Source of the DNA: Lama guanicoe
Lineage: Eukaryota
Direction: 5' to 3'
NCBI GenBank assembly: GCA_013239625.1
Contig: MU053482.1
Location: forward strand, 1,587,168-1,651,167
DNA: 64,000 nt
The position numbers and the translations under genes are program-made. The notes below the pieces were generated by a model, which worked only from the letters and a program-made list of their open reading frames with translations, searched no databases and had not been told where the DNA came from. This document shows, piece by piece, positions 34,790 to 45,940 of this stretch (position 1 is its first letter; the number at the start of each line of letters is the position of its first letter).

Positions 34790-35420
34790 TCTCAGAACTA
34801 TTTAGCCCGCTTCTCACTGAGTGCGCATCGGACTAAAATCAAAGAGCACAAGCTCAGAGTAGGAAATTGTAGCCGTGAGAAGCACCATCAGGAGCCAATA
34901 GGCACACAGATCTAGTCCACGTGGTGCATATTCAGCCTATCGTGCTCCTAATATTTTCCATCTCACTCCCTTCCGCTCTTCGCTCGCTCTTTCTCGACAA
35001 GATGGCTACACCGGGAGTTTCGGCGAGCGCTCCTCCCGCCAGTCCAGCCCCAGCTCCGGCTGCGGCCACAACCCCGGTCCCGACTCCGGCCCCGGCCCCG
35101 GCCCCAGCCCCAGCCTCAGCTCCAGCGCCAGCGCCGGCGCCGGCTGCAGCGCCGGTTCCAGCCCCGTCGCCGGCTCCAGCCTCAGCCTCTGACCCGGCGG
35201 CAGCAGCGGCTGGGACCGCGGCTCCGGGCCAGACCCCAGCCTCAGCGCCAGCCCCAGCGCAGACGCCGGCGCAGTCGCTGCCTAGTCCTGCTCTCCCAGG
35301 CCCCTTCCCCGGCGGCCGCGTGGTCCGGCTGCACCCGGTCATTTTGGCCTCCATCGTGGACAGCTATGAGCGACGCAACGAGGGCGCCGCCCGAGTTATC
35401 GGGACCCTGCTGGGTGAGTG
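34790..35420 (+). promoter_or_regulatory. EIF3F: EIF3F promoter and CpG island
   Basis: CpG-rich stretch over exon 1; CCAAT at 34895-34899; E-box CACGTG at 34918-34923; ETS-like CTTCCG near 34970; pyrimidine tract CTCTTTCTC at 34987-34995; YY1/TISU-like CAAGATGGC over the ATG; no TATA box seen. Confidence 0.8.
35002..35413 (+). CDS. EIF3F: eIF3 subunit F, coding exon 1 (Ala/Pro-rich N-terminus and start of MPN domain)
   Basis: CAAGATGG start at 35002; encodes MATPGVSA...[38 protein letters not shown]; donor G|gtgagt at 35413/35414. The eight coding exons total 1122 nt (373 aa plus stop). Confidence 0.97.
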
Positions 35421-37979
35421 CTCAGAGAGGACTGACGTTCTCTCCCTCCCACCTCCCCTTTGTGTTGTTCCCCTCACTTTTCACCCGCATCGTAGTGCCT
35501 TGTTGAATAAATACCGTGTGCCGAGTGGTTTACGTTTTATTGCTGATCTTCCAAGGAGCATTTCATGTCAAGTACGATTAGTCCCGATCTACGAAAAATG
35601 GGTTCAAATGCTGACTAGGACGTCAGAAACCTTTCACTCCCCAGACCCAGTGACCACGTTTTCCCCCCTCATCTACTGCTAAATATCTTTATTTTCCAGG
35701 TGTTTACAACGAAGTTTCTTCTAACAAGTTGGCAAGAGGGTGTGGGGACATCTGTGAAAATATATCCCTCTCAACAAGTAAACCGGTTTGGCAGGAACCC
35801 ACTTGGGGTTTCAATAATATTCTGCTTTTCTGAACATCTAAGCGGGATCCTCTGTTCCTCAGTCTACTTAATACTGGCCCCCAATGAGCTATAGACCCTG
35901 TTCCCCCTATGTAGTCTTTGATTGTCCATTTGAACACAAACAATTGTATTATCTATTATTTGTATTAAGGTTCAAATGGAGAAATAACCCTTTCCCTGCC
36001 CATGTTCCAAATTTGGGGAGTGGATATTTCATAGTAAAGTAAAACTGAGAAGCCCTAAAGAGGGGTTTCTGACAATATATCTCTTTCTCTGGGGACTGCT
36101 GGCCCCATCAAATTCATTTTGACTCCATCTTAATCACAGATTTTGGACACCTTTGTGAATCCACTTTACTCGCTTCTCTTTAGTATCATTTTTCTTTCTT
36201 ACTCTTGGGCACGTAACGGTGCTTTCACCCTGGAAGACACCTGGTGTATTGCAAAGAGGACGAGAGGTGTAGACAGACTCCAGCAGCTATTGGCCATGTG
36301 CCTTAAGACAATTCACCTAAAGTCTAGTTCCTTCGGGGGCTACTTTACACTTAGTCTTTTGAGAACTAAATTATTTGAGAAAGCATCTAACTGCTGGCAC
36401 AGAACAGGTACTTAATAGCTGTTGATTGCCATCTTCTGTCACATCAAGCACGCTCCTGACACACACACACACATATTCTATTCCTCTTTATCTTTGAAGA
36501 TGTAGCATTTTATAGAAACTTAAGTTGCTCCATTGTCTTTCAAACATTACTGCAGTTTTCTCAAGCCAGGTCTTTGTATTCTCTTTGCCCCAGGTCCCTC
36601 CCCTGCTCTCCCTCATTTGTTTCTTTAAGTTCCACTCATCTTCCAGGTTCCCAGGAAAAGTGTTCAGTATCAGGCGTTCATCCATGCCCCCACCCTCACC
36701 CCCATTCTTAACCTCCCAGAGTATGACAGAATTCTGTGACTGTACCCATCTTGGAGCTTCTGTAATAAATGTTTTTTGTATCGGTGACTTGGCACTCAAA
36801 TACTAGCTCACCTTTTCAGCTTCACCATCAGATTTTCCAAACTCACTAGGGCTGTTTAACTAAAGAAACATTTCTCCATCCTGGGTTTGAGCTGAGTGCC
36901 CCCAAATAGTAGAGACCCTAGTTAGACCAGCTGTGGTCTCGATCTTCAAATCCTCTCTCAGAGTGGGGTCGTGATGCAGTTATAGAGGCAGTGCTTACTG
37001 AAGAATGAAGCATGGATTCTGCTTGCAAGAAACTTAGAAATTTTCTCAGAAGTTAATCCATGAAACATATTCCGTTTGGTTAAATGAAGTCACTGGTGCC
37101 TTTGTACCAAGAAACTGTTAGTTACTTAGAATTCAAAGTTTGATGAAATGAGCTCTACTCTAAAATTTAAGATGAAGATGTACTCTTATATGCAGATAGA
37201 ATATAATGTGATAAATGCTCTGATACGAGAGTGTTCTAGTGGCATGCAAATACAGAAGACTTAACTGTTTCAGAAGCTTGGAGTGGTCAAGTCAGTTGAC
37301 AAGAGGTCAGATAAGATAAAGAGCATGTATCCATTGGGTTTGGGGACATAGTTTCAGCTAAGGGGGCAGAGACCATGGTGAAGTGGAATTAAACAGACAC
37401 TGATGGGTATAAATGACATTGTGGTTTGTCATGGAAAAGAAAGCACTTGAAGCCTGGGTGGGAGGTGCCAGTAGATTAGGTAAAAATGGAGCGGTCGAGG
37501 GACTCTCAGTCTCAGTGAGGTCAAGAAACAAATGTAGCAGGAGTAAAGGTATCTTCAGCACTAGAAGAATAAAAGTTTGTGGTGAGAGGCTGACATTGAT
37601 GTTCACAGGGAGAAGGTTCCTGGATAATGGTGGGGTTGAGGTTATGAATGTGGGGCCAGATGTAGGATGGGAGGTACAGGTGAAGCTCCCTGAAATTGTG
37701 CTCTGAGAATAGGCTACCGAAAGGGTGGTCTATGTAGACATGGTTAGAAACTTCCAGGTAGCTCTGCGGATTAAATTATAAGGAGAAAGTGCAGAGGTTG
37801 AAATAATGAAGATCTTGGAATGAAGATCTAGAGTAACTGTAGCAGGAAGTGACAGACCAGCAAAGGGAGACCTGGTGAAGGAAGGCTCGACCCTATTTGT
37901 TGAGCGTTAAAGAAAAGAGTTGGAGATCACGCCAGAGTTTCCTTTCTCTGGAGAACCCTAGTTCCATTGATGCACGTGA

Positions 37980-38231
<252 letters not shown>

Positions 38232-38391
38232 TGACCTGCTCATCCTAGAGCTCCTCCAGTTCAGAAAGCTTCGCCCATTTGTGCATACTTCCCGGGCCTC
38301 TTCTGTCTGCTGGGGGCGGCCTCCTGGCCTTTTTATCGATTTTGCTGTGGACTTCTGGCTTCTTAGCTTCCTCTCCTGCCTGCCTCCTTAG

Positions 38392-38471
38392 GTGGCTGTT
38401 GACATGGAATTTGCTAAGAACATGTATGAACTGCACAAGAAAGTCTCTCCAAATGAGCTTATCCTGGGCTG
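38392..38471 (+). CDS. EIF3F: EIF3F exon 3 (80 nt)
   Basis: cttag|GTGGCT...GGCTG|gtaagt; encodes VAVDMEFAKNMYELHKKVSPNELILG(W). Confidence 0.96.
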
Positions 38472-38841
38472 GTAAGTTTTGGGGGGAGCGGGTTGAGGGT
38501 TGGGGAGGATGGAAGGTCCTAGTGTTTGCCAGCGTCTTCTGCCACCAGACTAGGTGTCATACTCCCTCTTTTGGAGACAGAGTATTGAAGTCTGTCACCG
38601 CAAGGAGCTGTGAACTCAGTGTGTTTTGCTGGCAGTTCTGATCCTGTGAGGCCCAGAATACTACTTACTCTGAAGTGCAGCTTTTACTGAGCAGGTCTTT
38701 TTATGTCTTCCTGGTGACTTAGAATTTTTCAGGAGCTCTAGGTCAGCCTATATTTGACTTGATACAACTTTCAGTGTGCTTATTCTTTTGGCGTGTGTTG
38801 CCTCCGAGGGTATCACTACTGTAAGGGTGTCAGTTACCTAG

Positions 38842-39213
<372 letters not shown>

Positions 39214-40350
39214 TGACCGGGGACTCCAGCCTCACCTCCACCCCGCGCGGGCAGCAGCCTTCAGTGTGTGACTCGCTGCCCTTCCTCACTCAGTTCTCAC
39301 TGGAGAGGTTTTACTCTAAAACAAAACCTATCCCTGACGTTTCCACTCACTGAGCTGAGGCTAGCCCAGATTTCTGCTCGTCGCTCATAACCAATTTCAA
39401 ATGGCAGCCCTTTAGGTATTTGGACAAGCTTGTTTTTCATGTCGTCTTTTCTGGAAGCTAACTCTTCCATAGTCCTGTAGTTGGTCCCCTCGTGGTGCTC
39501 TGGCCGTGGTTCTTCTCCATGTTCACTGCTTTTCTGAGTTGCCCTTCAGTTTGTCGTCATCCCTAGAACTGCGCACAGGACGCAGGGCCATGCAGATTAA
39601 AGGATGACTGTCCTTATTTTGAACACGTCTGTTAACCTGGGATAGAGCACAGCTTGGACGCCAGTAACGTTACACTGTTGGCACGTTGAGCTCGCGGTCA
39701 GTGGAGAGCTGCTTGATGGGAGTGTTGGGAAAGGCTCTGGTGGGGTGCCAGAGGGGCAGCTGTGGGAATTGGAACAATTCTGTTTTCCGGTTAGAATGAA
39801 GCCCTTTGTTAGTGTGTCTCTTACTCTGTTTAGCTCTGTGCTGTTTCTGTATCTGACACTGACGTGACCAGTTAACCATTATCGGTTAAGACAAAGGTGG
39901 TGGATGTCAAGTCCTTATGGGCCAGTTGGAGTACCACTAAGTTCTAGCCACTGCTTGATTTCTTAGCCTTTCCAGGTATTTCTGGCTCTTTAAGATCCAA
40001 TAAAAGTGTATAGTTGACATAGTAAAGGCGATCACCTTTAGTCAGATTATTTGTAGCACCCAGTCTTATCTTGGTGGGCCAGCGTCGATTTTTTTTTTCA
40101 GTGCTGATGAGGGGCTCAGTCCCAGAAAAGACGTGTCCTGTCACTTCTCTCCATGGGGGAGGATGTCTAGGCAGCCAGTCCCACAGGGAAATGCAGTGTC
40201 CTGTCCTCACCACTGAGACTGCGCAGTGTGTGAAATCATCCTCTGATGGGTCCAGGCCCAGCCCAGAAGCTGAGTCCCCTCTCTCAGGCCGAGGGTTTGG
40301 TGTGTGGAATGAGCTAAGGGGAGGAAGTGACTTTTCCCCATTATCTCTGA

Positions 40351-40581
<231 letters not shown>

Positions 40582-40871
40582 TGACCTTCCCATACCCTCT
40601 TTTTAGTCTTTGGCATTTTTCAGGGAAGGGGGGTTCTGTCCTGTAACAAGGATAGGGGGCCTTGGGTGGGTTAAGAGGAACTGTTGATCTAAGATTTGTG
40701 ATCAGTGTGATCTATGGACTATTATTAGAAGTAAGTCATTCTCCTATATAAGTGGGACTCAAGGAATTATTTGAGAAGTTGTTAGAGGTGGGAAATTAGC
40801 AGCACCAGAGGCTACATGGCCATTCATATGAGGCCAAAACTGATGGTTACCGTGCTGAGTGCAGGAGTTGA

Positions 40872-41195
<324 letters not shown>

Positions 41196-41248
41196 TGAGA
41201 TCATGAGGGGGGCACAGGTGGAGCAGTAGTCTCAGGGGTGAGAATTAA

Positions 41249-41452
<204 letters not shown>

Positions 41453-41728
41453 TGAGGGGCTTCTGGGGAGTGGGCCTGGTGGGGACAGAGGAGGCAGGGC
41501 TCTGCCCGTGGCCCCCCTGCAGTCCAGGCTGGGAGAAAGGAAGGGAGTCCACATGCATGGAGATTCCCCTCCTGCTTCCTTGTTTCCATCGGTTCAGGTG
41601 TATCAGGAGAGACGAGAAAGTGTTCTCAAGCGTTTCCTTCCTGTCTTCCACCTTACACTCTCGCTCAGCGTCTCCTAGCTGTCATTTACCCAGAACTGTC
41701 CTCACACCCAGGGTCCATCAGAGGCTAG

Positions 41729-41863
<135 letters not shown>

Positions 41864-41990
41864 ATGGGCCCCAGGCAGCACTCCTGCCAGCCTGGGCCCC
41901 AGCCCACCCTGAGACTCAGAATGGAGTGAAGAAGAAATGGTTTCTTTGTGGTTCGAGTCACACTGAGTCAGTCAACTGCTTGTGACTCTA

Positions 41991-41996
41991 AATAAA
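41991..41996 (+). terminator. EIF3F: Probable EIF3F polyadenylation signal AATAAA
   Basis: First AATAAA after the stop codon, about 130 nt downstream; T/GT-rich sequence follows. Confidence 0.75.
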
Positions 41997-42314
41997 CATA
42001 GCCTACCTTTTGTAAATGAATGCCATCTTATGTGAGTTTACCACTGGGTGGGAGGAGGGAAAGTGTTCTGGGACTCACACAGAAACCAGGAAGTGAATGT
42101 TCTGGTAGAAGCTGGCAGTGAGTGTGGCGTGACTGTCATCAGCAGTGGCACCCACAGCCCAAGCCAGTTTAGCTTCTCCTGACCCGAGACCAGAGAGCCT
42201 TCTCAGCACTGCTGGTACAGGGACACCTGCTCCCTACTCTTTTTTTGCCTATACACAGAGCAAACTGAAAAAAACTGATTTTTATCACTTTTATTCCATA
42301 GTGTCTTACATGGA

Positions 42315-42560
42315 TGGCAGTCCAAAGAGTTGCCTTATGCACAGTTTGAAGTACCTGGAGCGTGTGCTGCTGAGGGAGAGGAGGGGAGAGAAGGAGTAGG
42401 TACAGATCTCAGTCCTAAGACCCAGGAGTACGCGCTGCTGGAAAGAGCCTTCTCCGTGGTGAAGGTGACTGTGTGCTGCCAGATTTCTTCTTTGGGTTTT
42501 CAATCTGGAAAGGTGTCTACTGATGGTATTCTGGGCCATTTCTTGGTGGGTCAGGAGACC
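42315..42560 (+). pseudogene. Decayed unprocessed duplicate of the EIF3F exon 6 3' end, intron 6 and exon 7 5' part
   Basis: 42504 TCTGGAAAGGTGTCTACTGATGGTATTCTGGGCCATTTCTTGGTG aligns with exon 7 TCTGGAAAGGTGTCTGCTGACAATACCGTGGGCCGCTTCTTGATG. Upstream LKYLERVLLRERRG aligns with [15 protein letters not shown]. Spacer is 134 nt versus the 122-nt intron. Confidence 0.75.
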
Positions 42561-42834
42561 ACAATGAGAACCCACGGAGGGAAAATAATTGAGTGAGTTG
42601 GATACTTAATCCGAACCAAGAGAGTAAAGGGAGGTGGGGTCTGTGTGTTACAGCACCTGCGTGATAGGATAGCACGGTTCGCCATGTGGTCCAGGGAGGT
42701 AGGAGTAGGGTCTGTAGGTGGTTTCCCTCCATTTTTGTGGGGAGAACAGAAAAGTAAATAATCAGTTACAAAACAAATTGCTGATCTGATGTTTTTTGAG
42801 CTCCTATTATGTTCGGAGTGGTTTGTATTCATAT

Positions 42835-42945
42835 TGCAGAAGGAGCTAGGGTTCAGAGAAGTTGAATTGTTACTTGAGGTGACACAGTAAGTGATGAGAT
42901 AGGATTTGAATCCAGATCTGAATTTGTTTTCATGTGCTACCCTGT
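42835..42945 (-). mobile_element. MIR fragment
   Basis: GGTTCAGAGAAGTTGAATTG..CTTGAGGTGACACAG..GGATTTGAATCCAGATCTG core. Confidence 0.6.
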
Positions 42946-43491
42946 GCTTTACAGCTTAGTGGCTCCATGAAATAAATAATAAGACAAAAATAGAACATAA
43001 CAGGAATGTATCATAAGGATTGACCAGCTCTGTCAGAGTCTATCTGGGACATGATATTGGAGCTTTTCATTTTTTAACTGGGAAATCAGGGAAGGGTGAT
43101 GAGGACAGAGGAGTACATGAAAAAAAAAAAAAGGCTCAACCTGTTTAGAATCTAAGGCATATGCAGGAGCCAGAGCATAAGGGCCTTCAGTTTGTGGAAG
43201 TTGTGGAAAGGCACTGGATAATTAAGCAGATTTAATCAGATTTAGATTTCAGGAAGATCACCCTGCAGTAGTGTAGAGAAGGAGGGAAAGGGGTAGAACC
43301 AGAAGGCAGGGAGACAAGTCAGAGGGCTGCTGGGATTGTTGAGAGATGATGAGAGCCCAGACTAAGGCAGGGCCAGTGGGCTGGTGATGAAGAGTTGGCT
43401 TCAAGAGGATAAGACAGACTCGGGGGGACTTGGAGCCTGGTTGACACTTGGATGGTAAGTGGGGAGGGGTCTAGGATGTTGCCTGGCTTCT

Positions 43492-43762
43492 TTTCTTTAA
43501 TTGAGGTATCGTCAGTTTACAATGTTGTGTTAATTTCTGGTGTACAGCATAAAATTTCAGTCATACATACACATACATATAAAAAGCTAATTTTTTTTTT
43601 TTTGTAATGGAAGTATTGGGGATTGAACCCAGGACCACTGTGGTATACCCTCCCTGTGCCTGGTTTCTGATAAAGATGATTGAAGTAATGGAAGTATTGG
43701 GGATTGAACCCAGGACCCTGTGCATGCTAAGCATGCATTCTACCACTGTGGTATACCCTCCC
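43492..43762 (-). mobile_element. Composite insertion: Vic-like SINE head, A-run, L1 3' tail; with a local tandem duplication
   Basis: One TSD TGCCTGG(C/T)TTCT (43480-43491 and 43765-43776) brackets both parts; duplicated units 43604-43684 and 43685-43792. Confidence 0.7.
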
Positions 43763-44760
43763 TGTGCCTGGTTTCTGATAAAGATGATTGAAGGATTGGT
43801 GGTATATAGAAACCCTGACTACGCCAGTGTGGTGGAAGCTGAGGAAGCAGAGAGGTGTGTGCAGAGTTAAGGTTATAGGGGTAGTTTGGGACCAAACAGT
43901 GAAGTCTTAAATGCAACTAAGTAATTGTGACTTACTTGGTAAATTCTATGGGGTTGCACCACATCCTTTGAGGAAAGGCTGAAAAATTCAAGTTAGCTGT
44001 TTGCTTGTGTGATGCTTATCAAATGCCAGCCAGCGTGCTAAGCAGGAGGTCGTGGCGCCTGCCTAGAATCCACTAGGGGGACAGACGAGAAAAGAGATTG
44101 TCAGCTTGGGAATCACAGGGTGCTGGGGGTCATGGAAGGCCTTCAGTTAGGAAATGAAATCCAAACTGGACTTGAAGAATGAGAAAGAGAGATTGAAAAA
44201 GGAGAGGAAAACAGGGCATTCTAAGCACAGAAAACAGTATGTGCAAAGGCTCAGAGGAAGGCTGTCACAATGTTGCTCCATCGCTGCCCACTCCTGGCTA
44301 CGGAGGTGTTTGTAAGGCAGGGACACTCCTCTGTGCCTAAAGGGATGACTGGGTTTTTCTTCCCCCCCTGCAGCCGTTGCTCATATGTGTACAGGTTTGT
44401 TTTTCCTGTGAGTGTGTGTGCACACATTCTCTGTATGTGGTTGGGCCTGTGCTAAATCCACTGCAGTGTGTGTCTGGGTGTGACATCATGTGTTGCTTGA
44501 GTTCTTTCACAACACACTCCCCTGATTTTCTCCCAACCCTCTTAACTGGTCCTTCCTCCTCTAACGCCCCTGAAGTTTCCATTCCCCAGGCTTCCATCCT
44601 GGGTCCTCTGCCTGGAAGACCTCATGGAAGCCTGGGGCGAGGACTGCCTCTGTGCCCAGGCTCCAGCTCTGGCCCAAGTTCAGAACTGGTTTCCTGATTC
44701 CAGACTAGTTAAATGGACACCAGATAACTCACCTGGATGTCTCAAAAGCATCCTGTTGTT

Positions 44761-44892
44761 GTTTTTTTTTTTCAGTGGTGGTGGGAGGTAATTAGGTTTA
44801 CTTACTTACTCTTAGAGGGAGTACTAGGGATTGAACCCAGGACCTCATGCACGCGAAGCACACACTCCACCGCCTGAGGTATACCCTCCCTC
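44761..44892 (-). mobile_element. tRNA-derived SINE (Vic-like)
   Basis: Reverse head and B box; TSD CTCAAAAGCATC on both sides. Confidence 0.85.
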
Positions 44893-45083
44893 CTCAAAAG
44901 CATCTTAAATTCAACATGTTTCATATTGAACTGATTGTCTCATCTTCCTAATTCCCTTCCTTGGGTGATGACACATCCATGCACCCAGTTGTCAAAGCCA
45001 GAAACTTTGGCCAAATCCTTGATTGTCCTTCTCCCCACCCCTTTCCACCAGTTTATCACAGCTCTGCCATCAGTCTTGCCCTC

Positions 45084-45940
45084 TGTGATACTGCGATATA
45101 AAAAGAAATATGTATGTTGCTTTTCATCCATGTTCTGGGTTCCTGGCATGCAGCTTTTAAACCCTTTAGAGTTTCCTAAATGCTGAGACCTATAAAGATG
45201 TAGAGAGTTTTGTTATTCCTAACCAGCCCATTTCAACAGCACCTGAGTTTATGGTAATAAAGTGATTTTTGGAAAGCACCCAGATAACCACAGGATGGGG
45301 GCTGGATGCCACATGAACCGACCTTGTGATCAGAGGTTTGAACTTTTCAGCTCAGGGAGGGGAGAGGAGCTGAAGGTCTAGCCAGTCAACGGCCACTGAT
45401 TTAATCAACCAAGCCTATGTGATGGGGCCTCCATTAATAACCCAAAAGCACAGTTTGGAGAGTTTCTGGGTTGGTGAACAAAAACGTGTCCAGGAACAAA
45501 GTACATGCCAGGAAGATGGTACACCTCAGACTCCACAGGACAGGAGCTCCTGTGCTCAAGCCCCTTCCAGACCTCACCCTGTGCACCTCTTTCATTTACT
45601 GTTGGTTCATATCCTTTGTGACAAATCAGTAACGGTAAGTAAACTTTTCCTGAGTTCTGTGAGCTGCTCTAGCAACAACTGAAGCACTGATGACAGCCTG
45701 GGCTTGTAACTGGCATCTGAAGTAGGGGTGGGGGTGGAGGGGAGGCAGTCTTACAGGACCGAGTCCTTATCCTTCGGATCTGGTGCCATCTCCAGGTCGA
45801 TGTCAGAATTGAGTTAGATGGTAGGAGACTCAGTTGGTGTCTGGAATTGCTTGATGTGGGGAAATCAGCTGCACATCTGGTCACAGGAGTGTTTGACGTG
45901 AGTAGTCAGTGTGGAGTAGAGGAAAAGAGCTGCCCTGTTC
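45084..45940 (+). mobile_element. MER21-family LTR
   Basis: TGTGATACTGCGATATAAAAAGAAATATG start; CCTGAGTTCTGTGAGCTGCTCTAGCAA and GTCAGAATTGAGTT motifs. Confidence 0.65.

Noticed and set aside
34932..35354. 140-aa minus-strand ORF with silk-like GAGAGA repeats
   Set aside because: It is the antisense reading of the Ala-Pro codons of EIF3F exon 1; GC-rich repeats lack stops.
34921..35682. 253-aa ORF taken as the full gene product
   Set aside because: It begins at a GTG upstream of the true ATG (35002) and reads through the donor at 35414 into intron 1.
44070..44084. CTCF-like CCACTAGGGGGACAG
   Set aside because: The conserved C after the G-run is replaced; too weak to call without data.
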